Positions 49,791-62,305 of a stretch of DNA of 64,000 bases are shown here, piece after piece; position 1 is the stretch's first letter; every line of letters starts with the position of its first letter. This stretch comes from Epiperipatus broadwayi. Taxonomy: Eukaryota; Animalia; Onychophora. Made by a program: the position numbers and the translations under genes. The notes under the pieces were generated by a model. It made no database searches. It worked only from the letters and a program-made list of their open reading frames with translations, and was not told the origin of the DNA. The stretch is from contig JAQFVV010000003.1 in NCBI GenBank assembly GCA_028023455.1, positions 12,400,001-12,464,000 on the forward strand. The letters are read 5' to 3'.

Positions 49791-51399
49791 AAACAGCAGC
49801 GACTAAGTTTTTCTACATATTTCTATAGGTGCCAGCATAGTTGGACATATTCTCAGTCTAATACTAATAGCTAATATATTTGGCAAACATATTCAATAAA
49901 TGTACTACTTGAGAATAATATGCTATTGTATGTGCTTTATGGGCAAAAAAAAATTATATTCTTATACAAAAAATATTTCCTGAATACAATGAAAAATATT
50001 TGGCATTTCAAAGCCCCTACAACTTTCAACTGATGATAAAGAGATTTAACTTATTTAAAAGAATGAAAATAGCTGAAGCAAAAGACTTCAATATTCCTGG
50101 TTTCAAAGGATTGGTAATGTGATAGGACAAATATACCAATGCTGTTGAAAAGTAAAAAAATAATTAAGTTTTTAGCTTCATATCTAAATTATTTTACTTT
50201 TACTAAACATTTATAATTTATTTACTATCCTTATTATACATATGAGTATATGTTCTTTTGTGTATATAAATAGATATGTTTTATGAAGCAGGTTCTATTT
50301 CTTTCCTTTCTAGCTGAGTGCATTTACAGTAATAAGCATGATAATCATAGCTCTCATGTTTCATAGTATCCATGCTCTATTTATAAGTATGTGTTTATAT
50401 GGTCTTTGATATCTTTACAGATCTTTAAAAATAGAAACTAAATATCCAGAAAAGCTATACTACTTAATTCACAAACATAGATGGTGCTTCTCATGCTGGT
50501 TGCTTCAAGGAAAGGACATTGTACTTACATTTAAACAATGCATATATTTAATTTACATCTACAAATAACTAGAGATCCATTTGTTAACCAATATTGAAAA
50601 CTTTTGCGTCAATTACCTGAAAAAATTCTCAAACTTCTTTGGAAAACTTTCAGCTAACCAAAATTACCTGCTTCATCTCAAGTCAATGGCATGCAATGTA
50701 TTATAAGACTCTCATATATACATATATTATGGATTTGAATCTGAGCTAGATAAATCTTGACAAAATTTTCAGATTCCAATGAGACTTAAAAAATTTTTTT
50801 CAGATAAATGGCCCATAATCAACACATTAATTCGTTCTATACTAGTCAATAAATGAGAAACTAAATAATATTAACAAATGACTAAAACAAAAATGAAAAG
50901 TGATCTATATCCTCATTATTCAGCAAGTGGCAATCTTGGTGAATATCTTTTTCTTCACATTTCCTCCATGAGAACTATTAAAGTGACCTTTGTTCTGAAG
51001 CGGACTATTTAAGAGTTGTTTTACCTTTTGTTATATACATAAAAAGAGAGAGTAAAAATGAGTTCCAATTAAGTGTATGATACTTTTTTTTACAAATGAA
51101 ATTCATTCAGAACAAAGCAAAATAAAAATATGAAAGTGCTTTTAGTTCATTTTTAAACTATTTAAGAAAAGATCACTATTTATGATGCAATTTCCAATGG
51201 TAATATTTTCAATGGTAATAGTAAGACTTTTTTTTATTATTGAAGTCAGAAATCTTTGAATAAGCCATTAACATCTGTTAGTCACCATATTTTTTATTTA
51301 TTTATTAATCTAGATAATCTTTAGTCTATTTATTTACTATTTAATATTCATAGTATTATTTTTATCCATTCAATAATTATCCAAACCCAGTATAGAAGA

Positions 51400-52500
51400 T
51401 AAATATTTTTTATAAATTCACTTAATTTCATAAATTCATTTTTTCCATCTTTTCTGATTTTGTTTACATTCTAATAGTAAATGCTTAATGATTTCTATGT
51501 TGTTCATTTCCAAATAGATTTTTCTTTTAATGATTATATTCTCTTATCAGCAATCTACACTATTGTAACAATAGACAATTCTTATAACACATTCATTCCA
51601 CTTTTATATAGATAAATTGTTGTAAAATCTTTGATCAAGCCTTAAGTACATCATATTATTTTTATTTTTAGGTTGTTCATCCTTTCCTTAACCCAATTAA
51701 AAATATTCTATTACTATTCATAAACTGAAATCTACCAGTTTCCTTTTTATATCCCTTATGTAAAAACTTCAATATTAAATATCTTCTCTAGAATTGCTTT
51801 TTTGTTGTCTATAAATTCATACTAAAATATACTTCCCTGTTTCTTTCTGAATTCTCTCTAGAACATCTAACTTTGTTTTTACAATCATACAAATAGCACT
51901 CACATATATTAAACTCCTCCAATTTTTTGGTTATTCAAAATAATACCATTAAAAAAATTATATTTATTTATCTTCTTCATAATTATTTCTTCTTTAAAAA
52001 AAAAGAGGTAAAACTTTTTATTCCTTTTCTCTGACTGGCAATCAAAAGTATTTCCATGTCTTTCTTTCTTTTCTGCACCCAAGAATATATCATGAACAAC
52101 AACAAAAAAAGACTTAGTAAAACATATAATATTCTAGTCTTTTCCTGTTAAAGATATTCTACTTCTTAATCCTATTGCCAATTCTATTTTTTTAAATACA
52201 ATAAAAACAATATATTAGACATGTGGCATTCTTATTCTAACCAAGTATAATAATTATTTTCATATACACAAATGCTCCTGTCCACAATTTATTTCAATTC
52301 ACTCTGTCAATAAAAAAAATATATAAATGTTTGCCTTTCTTACTCATTTCTATCAGTTGTATGATTATAAATAATCCATCGGCTCATCGGCTATACGTAG
52401 GCCAATCTAAATCTTTCCAAACCCTCAGCTATTCTCTTCAACTAAATTTTTTTTTCAACACATGAATGAGTTAAACACTAATGCCCTTTTCCTTCCAATT
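51400..52500 (-). pseudogene. Decayed non-LTR reverse transcriptase
   Basis: Purine-rich minus strand; ADGLFIIIQLIEMSKKRQTFIYFFID..KLW resembles RT domain 3; many stops. Confidence 0.55.
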
Positions 52501-54760
52501 CTAAAATCCACAGTAATCAGAGAGCAATCAGACTTTTGGAGACTTGTGGATAAGAAAAGAGATTATCTTTCACCTTATACAAAATCAATAGTTTAAGAAT
52601 TCAAATTCTAAAGTTTTGAACCTCAAGAAGCTATATAAACATATACTAAATCAGTGAATATAAGAGAATCAATAGAATATGACAATAGACACAATAATGA
52701 TATAATAACAACAGAATAAATATATATATATTTTATTTGGATGAATTCATAAGCAAACTTGGAATGCAAATAATACTCTATAAATATGGCAGGAAATCCT
52801 ATTATTTTGTACTATCAGTCATCCATTGTCCATTTTTTAGACTTGTGATACTATCATAACCACACCATAACATTCATATAAGAAATAAGCGAATTTGAAA
52901 TACCATCTGTCATGAAACAATTTCATTTATGAAATTAACAATTTACTGTTTGGGTAGATATTGGATGTTTCAGATCTTTACAGTTATTTGTTTCACTGTA
53001 TGGTATACGTTTTTTAGCCACCATATCAATTCCTTTTAGTAGCCATTAATTCTTTGACCATTGATTTTAAATAGTTTTATTATTCTTATCATATCTGAAA
53101 CTGTTTATCTTAAAATATTAAATTATTCAGTAGTTTTGGACAGCAATGATCCAGCTAATCAAGCAACAAAATTTGAACCATTTCAAACTCAACACAGACT
53201 TAAATTTTAAAAAAAAATGATAATAATTTCTTGTCAGACATGTCTTACTATACCTTAGACTTTTAAAAGTAAAACATAAAAATATCATGTTGCAATGCAT
53301 TTTTGTGATATCAAAAATAAAGTGTTAATACAATAATGTTATTGCTACATTGTACAATCTCTGTATATCATATGAAAATAACTTATGCTTAGTAATTATA
53401 CGATTATACTTTTAATGCATTTCATTCTATTCTTGCAATGTACACTGCTGATGATTGTTCAGTAAAGTGAAATCATTCCATTGAAATAAAAATTGCAACA
53501 ATAGATGAACATACACTAGATAAAAATAGTTATAAAAATTATTTACTTAAATCATTAAAGAGTAAAAATAAATTTACAATTTTATCATCTAAATACTTTG
53601 TTGTAATTAGTTTTTAGTTCAGGATAGGGGTATTGAATATTGTCTGACTTATTAGAAAGCAATGAAATTCAAAGCATTTGTATGCACAAATCATATATGC
53701 AATTTTTTGAACTCTCCCAAGTGCACATCTTGTTAGTAGATTGAAATAGAAGCAAATATAATGTATTAGCAACTTCATCTTGCATATAAGTAAAGAACTA
53801 TATTACTTCATTTTCTGAAAAGCTCTACTAAGTACATTTAATAAATTAAGGTAGTTACTATCTTATTGGCTACATAAATATACTGTCAAATGTTATATAA
53901 TTCCACCCACATAGTTATATAAGCAGTTCTTAGTGCAAATGATGATTTTAGATCACAATAATAAATGTAGTATATGTAGTCCCATTATTTTGTCCAATTC
54001 CTGGAAAAAATTATATATTAAGAGATCAAACTGTAATGCATCCAACTATCATACTATAACCAAGAGTTCAAATCAGGTACAAAATACACTTAGCATTTTT
54101 CTTTAAGATAATCATCCCATAACTGATTTAGCTAACATCTAAAACTGGTCAATAAATAGATGTTTGCCAATTTTTAGCTTTAGAGAATAAAACAAGAGTA
54201 GAAAAGCATTAATTCTTCATCATTCAACAAGTTAAAAAAACTGGTAAATTATGCCTTACCTATTTAAAAAATTGTTGGAGAGGCTTATGTCATGTAGTAG
54301 TTTATTTAGAGGCTATTTTATTCACCTTTCTTTTTTCATTTATATATAAATATAGTACTTAAAAGTTGTTTTTTTTTTTAAAAAATAAAAAAATAAAGTG
54401 TCACTTTTAAAAAGTCAATTACCAATTTTCAAAATAAGTTTTAATTTACTTGAAATCTTAGCTGCTATAGAAAAAATTCATTGAAGTAAAAAGAAATTAG
54501 CTTATTTTATTTCTATATATAAAATATCAAATGATCAGAGAAGCTGTATAATTTCAGGTGTGAAGATAGATGAGTTGAAAATACATTACAAAGTTCTAAG
54601 GATTAATACTTAATTATATTACACAAAAGAAAAAAATCTATATAATATTTTATTTTTATAAGTGACAAATTTTAGGAGTTTAAAAATATAATCACTTCTT
54701 TAATATTGCAATATATAATTTTAGTGAAAAATAAAAATACAGATGAATGCTATATATTTA

Positions 54761-54911
54761 TAGAAGGGATATGAATTCAGATTTTCCAGCTCTCCACAGC
54801 TATCCACTCTATCTTATACAACCCATACATATGACCACATAAAGTCATGTGTATGGGTTGTATAAGATGGTGTGAATAACTGTGGGAAAGTCTGCATTCA
54901 AATCCCTTCTA
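54761..54911. repeat. 150-bp fold-back element without recognisable ribozyme
   Basis: tagaagggat..cacagcta..tcttatacaacccatacatatgac [cacataaa] gtcatgtgtatgggttgtataaga..taactgtg..atcccttcta. Confidence 0.85.
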
Positions 54912-54943
54912 ATTAAATTAAGTTTAATATAAACAATATACTT

Positions 54944-55025
54944 TTTTTTTCTCATGTGTCATAGCATCAGCTGGGAAGCGAACTGCTAACCAGGGACAAC
55001 TGCTTGTAAAGCAGCTCTCGACCAC
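54944..55025 (-). mobile_element. 5'-truncated copy of the tRNA-derived SINE
   Basis: Shares gatgctatgaca(c/t)atg(A)n and a B-box-like segment with 47997-48106. Perfect 10-bp TSD caatatactt at 54934-54943 and 55026-55035. Confidence 0.75.
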
Positions 55026-55637
55026 CAATATACTTGTATTTAAATATTATATATATATTAAATGCATATTTATTTTATCACACTCCAAGAATACAGTCTA
55101 TAAAATAAAACAGTTAAAGAAATTTGAATAATTCTGCTTTTATTAAAAAAAGTATTTTGTGAACATTAATTATAACAGAAATTAGTAAATCAAAAGATGA
55201 TTAATGTCAAGTCAAGATTTACAGATTAAAAATAAAAGGAGATAACATTTATTCAAGATTGTGCTATTCTGAAGTGTAAAATGACTTTTTATTAGATTAT
55301 TTGATGAAATCAAAAAAATTTTGTGCAACAATCATGTATCCAAAGACTCTGCTAGTCAATTTAAACATTCCTTCCTTCTGATAATGTTACATACTATTAA
55401 AAAATATCTGCTTTTTCTAATCTACAATCATTCAATCATTTTCCCAGCATTAATATATATTTCTTTCTCTTATTCTGTTTTATGAAAACCATCAATTATG
55501 CCATTTTGTAGCCAAAGATAAACAGAAATGAAGATCAGGATCGCCTAATATAGAATAAATTTCCAGAAGATGAATACTCATTATTACAAACAATTCTGCA
55601 TCTATATCTTAACAGGAATTTAATTAGCATACAAATT

Positions 55638-55893
55638 GTAACTTTTCTTGTCTCTTTATGTTCCAAAATGTATGTATTAATTTATTTTTGTACTGTTTGA
55701 AATCGTCTGGTCTTTTCTGTATCGTTCTCCACCAATCTCTTGCCGTGCCCGCCAAATAATTACTTGCTATAATTATTTTTTCTTTTTCCCTTGCCTCGTA
55801 CATACAAAAACACTCTTCTAAACTTTCCAAGTGTTCGAATAGAGTCTCCTCTTTGTTTCCTTCAAACATTTTTATCTTAATTCTATCCTGCAT
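55638..55893 (-). pseudogene. Second, truncated gag start
   Basis: MQDRIKIKMFEGNKEETLFEHLESLEECF..ARDWWRTI; homology to copy B stops abruptly at 55638. Confidence 0.9.
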
Positions 55894-56080
55894 TTTATCT
55901 ACAATATTTTAAATTTACGTCCGACATTCAAAACCCTCCCCTACGGGGACACTAACTCCTCACTCTAACCATCCGAACCTGCCTTACTCCACTTTTACCC
56001 TAATCTCAAGCCGTTTCTTTAGTTAACAAGCCCTACACCTTGAGACGCCATTTTCTTATATTTCACCCGCTGCTACCCTC

Positions 56081-56736
56081 TGTAACAAAACATTTTGTTA
56101 CGCTCTTAAATTTCAAGAGATTGCAACATACGGTGGCCGTTTGAAGGCGCCACCAAGCATTTCTGCCTAGACCGTATTATAAAATTTCTATATTAACGGT
56201 TAATTTATTTACGAACGGCAATCACCAAATGCAAACCTTAAAATAATTTCCTTTTTACGGACCAAAAGATTACAAAATGAAATATTAATTATAATAAATA
56301 AAAAGAAAGAGATCAACACTTCACTGTTGTTGAAATATTTATTATACCTTTATTCTATTTGTTGTTTATTCCCTTTCCTCGCACTTGTCGAATCACCCCC
56401 TCATGATCCTTTTTCTTTCTAATAAAGAATTAATATATATCGTTCTTGAAGGACCATGCGCCGTCACTCTACCAATATTTTCATCAACAACAAAAAACAT
56501 GGTGTATAACTATGAGTGAACTCAAGGGCGACTTACTATAAGAGTGAGTTTGTTAAAACAAAATCCACTCAAACCTCCTCTTTCTAATGTTAAATCTTAT
56601 CCTCTTAAATTTTACTTGCCCTTAGATCGAGTATACAATTTTCTTATTCATATCTATACATTATCAGAACAACAATCACAGAAACAAAGGTAAGTTTACT
56701 TAATAAAACATAACACAAAAATATAATGTGGATTAC
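56081..56736 (-). repeat. Core LTR, copy A (~35-bp deletion near its 5' end)
   Basis: Homologous to 61614-62305. The deletion falls between gatta microhomologies. Also followed by PBS and gag start. Confidence 0.7.
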
Positions 56737-57729
56737 CCCCCCCCCCTTTCTATTGCTGAAACTTTGGGGTATTTGAAGTGAAGGCTTTTCTTTCTTTTTT
56801 TTTTAATTCTATTACGCAAATGTCTCTTGAAATTATAATAAAAAAATCTATTTACCCTGATCGATCAGTGTAGGTCCTGTGTGTGTGGAATATTTCACTT
56901 TATATTCGTTGTGGTTTGTCCGTGATCTTCTTCCAGTCTGTTCTCCCCGACTAGCTCTCTATGTCCGGCATTTACAAGGCAATTCCAGGTGGTAATAGGA
57001 AGAGGTTCCCAAAAGGGAAAGTTCTGTTAGATCTAGGCACTCAACATTTTCTCTTTGCGCTTTCTTCTTATTTTTTTTTAATGTAAGTTTACGATTTTTA
57101 CTATTGACGAGTCTGAGCCAAATTTAAACTTACAGATTAAGTATTGACCTCGGCAGAAATCCAATTAATTTAAACAAAAGGAAAGTCCGTAATTTATAGT
57201 TCTTTTTTTAAAGTCTCAGTTCACATCTTTAATATTCTCTTCTTTTATTTCATATTTTATTTTTAAAATCCCAAAGAAACATTCCAATTGATCAGCGTAA
57301 TAGATAGCATAAAAATACCTTCACTTCAAAGCCCCAACAATAGAATTAATTGCTTTCTTTTCCCTTCTATCTTTAAGAATTTTTTTAAAAACTTAACAAA
57401 AGACAAACTTTTATCAAAAATGTAAGATCTTGATCTAATTTATTTTAACTTCTTAAAACTCCATTTTAAAATTAAGTGTTAATTTATATTTCTTTTCTTA
57501 AAAATTATGTATTATAAAACGATATTTATATTTTAACAAAATATATGTGTGTGTATATATATATGAGCTGATAGAAAAGTATGTGTTTATTTATTTCTAA
57601 TAAAACAAGTTTTATTACAATGTATATATTTTATTTTTACAAAATATGTGTGTATATATATGTATGAGTATGAGCTGATAGAAAATACCAGCTCATTGCA
57701 CCCTTGTCCAAAAAAAAAAAAAAAAATTT

Positions 57730-60700
57730 TAATCACGCGAGGTCTTAATTTTTTTTTCTTTTCTTTACAAGGTTTTAGGCTTCGTGCATTATAAGTGCAC
57801 TTTTTATTTCTTTTACCTTGTATTATAAATGCATTAGGTCCGCATTTTTGGATGATCCTGTATGGGTCTTCGAATAGGGGGAAAAACTTTTTATATTGTT
57901 TATCACTTAATTTGCTAACTGGCTGAGTTTTAACATAAACCCAGTCTCCTACCATAAATTGTATTGGGCAAGCATTCCCCTTCTTTATTCTCTGTTCAGC
58001 TTTCTTTTTTAATCTGTCTCTAGCCAAGCTTCGATCCTCCACTACATTTATCGTTTCAGTAACAATGGGAACGGGACATTTGAGGAGAGAAGGCTCAACT
58101 CGACCATAATGCAAGCGTTCTGGAGTTAACCCTGTAGATTCGTGGTATGTATAATTAATTATTTTAACCATTTGTGGCAATACTTTAAACCACTGTTGAT
58201 GGTTACCTTTCAAATGTATGTGAAATACGTTCCCCAATTCTTTCATAACCTGTTCGCAAGGGTTAGATTGAGGGTTACGGATAGAGGTGAGAACGTGATG
58301 TATCTGTTCTTGCTGAAGCCAATTCTTCCATTCTCTAGATATAAAAGGAGTTCCATGATCACTCAAAATCATCCGAGATTTGCCAACTTGAACAAATTGT
58401 TTTTCTTTTAGCACAGTTATGGAAGACCCGGCGTCAGCCTTTCATAGGGGGTAGGCCTGTACTAATTTCGAAAAAACATCAAAGGCGACCAATATATATT
58501 TATATCTACGAAATGACGGTAGCGGGCCGTAAGAATCTATGGCTAGAAGCTTGTTCGGGTTCTTAGCTATTATTGGCGCCGGTGTCCCATCGTAATTTTT
58601 ATTAGCTGGTTTACTTTGCCGACACTCATGCACCCCTGTAACATAGTAACCACTGACCTATACAAACTTCACCAATAATACCATCTCTGTATTAATTTGT
58701 TTTAAGAAACCCATAATGCCCATATATACCATGCACATACTTTATTAGTCTTTCCCTTAGATTTTGCGGTATAAATACTCTCTAACAATCTACTCCCTTT
58801 CTAACCTGAAACATCAACAACCCATTTATTATTTTATACCGATATAATTTGTTTTTGTTTTTTTTGCGTGCAATTTTTTTGTTGTCTGACATTTGCTTCT
58901 TTACAGCCTTGTATCAGCTTCCTGCACGTAGTGTCCGAGTTTTGAAAAAAATGGAGTCTTTTCAATTCTTTCTCTATCGATACCGCAGGATCTGCTTTAA
59001 GAGATATTAATCGAGCTCCCACCAGTGTTAAATTTTGACTGTGGTCCGTAAGCGGATTTCTAATTAATATATCCGGTACTATATTTTCTTTCACAGAGCA
59101 ATGAATTACCCTGTAATTAAACTTCTGTAAGTATAATGCCCATCTTATAAGTCTATCATTAGTTAAGTAACACCTATTTATAAACTCTAAGCTTTTATGA
59201 TCGGTGATAATAATAACCTCAGACCCTAAAAGTAAATGCTTAAGTTTATTTAATGCCCAAACAATTGCCAATGCCTCCTTTTCCATAAAGGTATAATTTC
59301 TTTCCGCTGGATTTAATGTCCTACTTAAAAAATACAAAACCTGAGATATCTTCTCTTCATTCTCTTGAAACAGTACTGCTCCCAATCCTACACTGCTACT
59401 ATCAGTTTGTAACCTAAAAGGTTTGTCAAAATCCGGATAGGCGAATGTTACAGTACTTACAAAATTTTTTTTATCTGTTTAAATGCTTGCTCTTGTTTTT
59501 CCGTCCATTCCCACTTGCTTTCTTTTCTCATTAAATGCACAAGTGCTTCCGTATCTGTAGAAAAATCTTTGTAGAACCTTTGAAAGAAATTGCATATACC
59601 AAGGAACGATCTAATCTGTTTTGTATTCTTTGGTTGAGGGAATTTAACAATCGTTTCTATCTTGTCAGGATGAGGCCTCACCCCTTTAGCACATATGAGA
59701 TGACCGAGAAATATAATTTCTTCCTAAAATTTATTACTTTTCTTCAGATTTATTGTAATGTTCTTTTCGTGACACTCGCAGAGGAACACAACTAAGTTTT
59801 CTAAATGTTCCTGAGGAGATCGTGATGCAATCACAACATCATCTATATAATAAAGTATAAATTCTTTTACCCTCGGAGAAAGTACCTGGTCTAAACATCG
59901 TAATAGTCCCGACCCACTGTTAATCAGTCCAAACGGAACTCATTGAAACACGTATGTAAAGCCTTCATAATGGAATGCCGTGTATTTTTTGATCCTCAGC
60001 GTGAAGCGCCATCTGCCAGTAACTTGATGTCAAATCGAATGATGAAAAATATTTTTTTCCTTAAATTCCAACAGCAAATCTGTAATTCGGGGTGGCCCAT
60101 CCTGAGCAGGTATAGTAATAGTATTTAACTGCCGAGCATCTAAGCATACTCTCATAGAGCCGTCCTTTTTTTTACAATTATTAAAGGGTTTATATACGGT
60201 GCCTGTTGTTTTTTTATAATACTCCATTGTTGTATTTGTTTACCAACTTCCTCTTTATATTTGACAGGAACTGGGTACGACCTACCCTGAAAATGAGTTT
60301 TTTCTTTCACCTTTATCCGATGAACATATCCCTTTATAATTCTGGGTTTAATGGCGAATACTTGTTCATTTTTAAAAAATGCCTCTTTAAGTTGACTTTT
60401 CCAGTCCATATTATTATTACCTAACTCAGTTATTTTACATTCTATTTCTTGGTATGTCATTAGTTACCAAGTAAGCTACCCTGTTGTCACTCTGTCTGTT
60501 ATATCCACTAAATGGCACCCTTTTGTTTCCTATCATTATATTCTTTTCGCTATAATTAATTTTCATCCCGGTTCGGTGAATAAAATCCGATGCCAATATA
60601 AGATCTTCTACCAAACCTGACATTGATAATAATGTATGCTGTATTTTTTTCTTCCCACATGTACTTCCCCATATATTTGTATAGGATCTAACTTAACTCT

Positions 60701-61426
60701 TTTGCCATTAGCCATAGTTATTTCAGATTTTCTTAATGGTAGCAACTGTATTTCCCTCTTCTGATCTCTGATTCGATCTAATATTTTATTTGAGATTATC
60801 GAGACTTGACTCCCCGTGTCTAGTAGGGCCTGTATTTTTATCGTTATCACCGGGCAAGTTTGTTCCGCCATCGTTTGTATTTTCTCTTCCTTCTCAATTA
60901 CTACATTTAACAGCTTAGGGAGTTTTTCTTGTTTCTCTTCTTCCTGTACATTTTCTTCCTCTCTAAGAACTTCCAATATGTCTTACGTATCTACAGACAG
61001 CTAATCTCTCTCGTATATTTTGTGGCAAGTTTTTTTTTTATAATACTTATAATTTGCCGTTCAGCAATAAGATATTCTATCATCCTTCTCAATTTTACCA
61101 TTTGCTTTAAAAAAAACTGTCTATATCCTATCTCTTCTTCTTTTTTATACCTTTCTAATTCTACCACTCTTCGTAACTTTTCTTGTCTCTTTACATTCCA
61201 AAACGTATGTATTAATTTATTTTTGTACTGTTTAAAATCGTCTGGTCTTTTCTGTATCGTTCTCCACCAATCTCTTGCTGTGCCTGCCAAATAATTACTT
61301 GCTATAATTATTTTTTCTTCTTCCCTTGCCTCGTACATACAAAAACACTCTTCTAAACTTTCCAAATGTTCGAATAGTCTCCTCTTTGTCTCCTTCGAAC
61401 ATTTTTATCTTAATTCTATCCTGCAT
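57730..61426 (-). pseudogene. Gypsy gag-pol (gag, protease, RT, RNase H, integrase), frameshifted; no env
   Basis: gag ATG at 61426; LLDTGSQVS (protease); VKKKDGSMRVCLDARQL, PFGL, YIDD, KQIRSFLGICNF (RT); LSRTLNPAERNY..EKEALAIVWA..TDHKSL (RNase H); LAIDSYGPLP..VAFDVFSK, ILSDHGTPF, NPQSNPCE (integrase). The PR-RT-RH-IN order is that of Ty3/Gypsy. Confidence 0.95.
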
Positions 61427-61594
61427 TTTATCTACAATATTTTAAATTTACTTCCGACATTCAAAACCCTCCCCTACTGGGACACTAACCCCTCACTCTA
61501 ACCACCTGAACCTGCCTTACCCCACTTTTACCCTAATCTCAAGCTGTTTATTTAGTTAGCGAGCCCTACACCTTGAGATGCCATTTTCTTATAT

Positions 61595-61611
61595 TTTACC
61601 CGCTGCTACCC
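61595..61611 (-). other. Primer-binding-site-like tract (tRNA-Leu-like)
   Basis: gggtagcagcgggt directly after the LTR end TTACA; an imperfect match to the complement of a tRNA-Leu 3' end (TGGTGGCAGCGGTGG). Duplicate at 56063-56078. Confidence 0.45.
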
Positions 61612-61613
61612 TC

Positions 61614-62305
61614 TGTAACAAAACATTTTGTTACGCTCTTAAATTTCAAGAGATTGCAACATATGGTGGCCGTTCGAGGGCGCCACCAAGCATTTCTGCC
61701 TAGACCATATTATAAAATTTGTATAATAATGGTTAATTTATTTATGAACGGCAATCACCAAATGCAAACCTTAAAATAATTTCCTTTTTACGGACCAAAA
61801 GATTACAAAATGAAATATTAATTATAATAAATAAAAAGAAAGAGATCGACACTTCACTGTTGTTGGAATATTTATTATACCTTTATTCTATTTGTTGTTT
61901 ATTCCCTTTCCTCGCACTTGTCGAATCAACCCCTCACGATCCTTTTTCTTTCTAATCAAGAATTAACATATATCGTTCTCGAAGGACCATGCGCCGTCAC
62001 TCTACCAATATTTTCATCAACAAAAAAAACCCATGGTATATAACTATGAGTGAACTCAAGGGCGACTTACTATAAGAGTGAATTTGTTAAAACAAAATCC
62101 ACTCAAACCTCCTCTTTCTAATGTTAAATCTTATCCTCTTAAATTTTACTTGCCCTTAGATTGAGTATACAATTTTCTTATTCATATCTATACATTATCA
62201 GAGCAACAATCACAGAAACAAAGGTAAGTTTACTTAATAAAACATAACACAAAAATATAATGTGGATTAATTTGGATTAGTAAATACATATACTTAAAGA
62301 TTACA
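61614..62305 (-). repeat. Core LTR (TGTAA...TTACA), copy B
   Basis: Preceded on the minus strand by the purine tract gaaagggggata, followed after 2-3 nt by a PBS-like tract, and contains AATAAA. Confidence 0.7.

Noticed and set aside
53443-53483. Hammerhead-like CTGATGA...GAAA TCAT TC
   Set aside because: No credible stem II, non-palindromic loop, mismatched stem I.
56140-56160. Alternative PBS (tggcgccc, tRNA-Lys-like) or a plus-strand PBS tggtggcc
   Set aside because: Not adjacent to a CA-ending LTR on the coding strand; it is a short GC hairpin inside the LTR.
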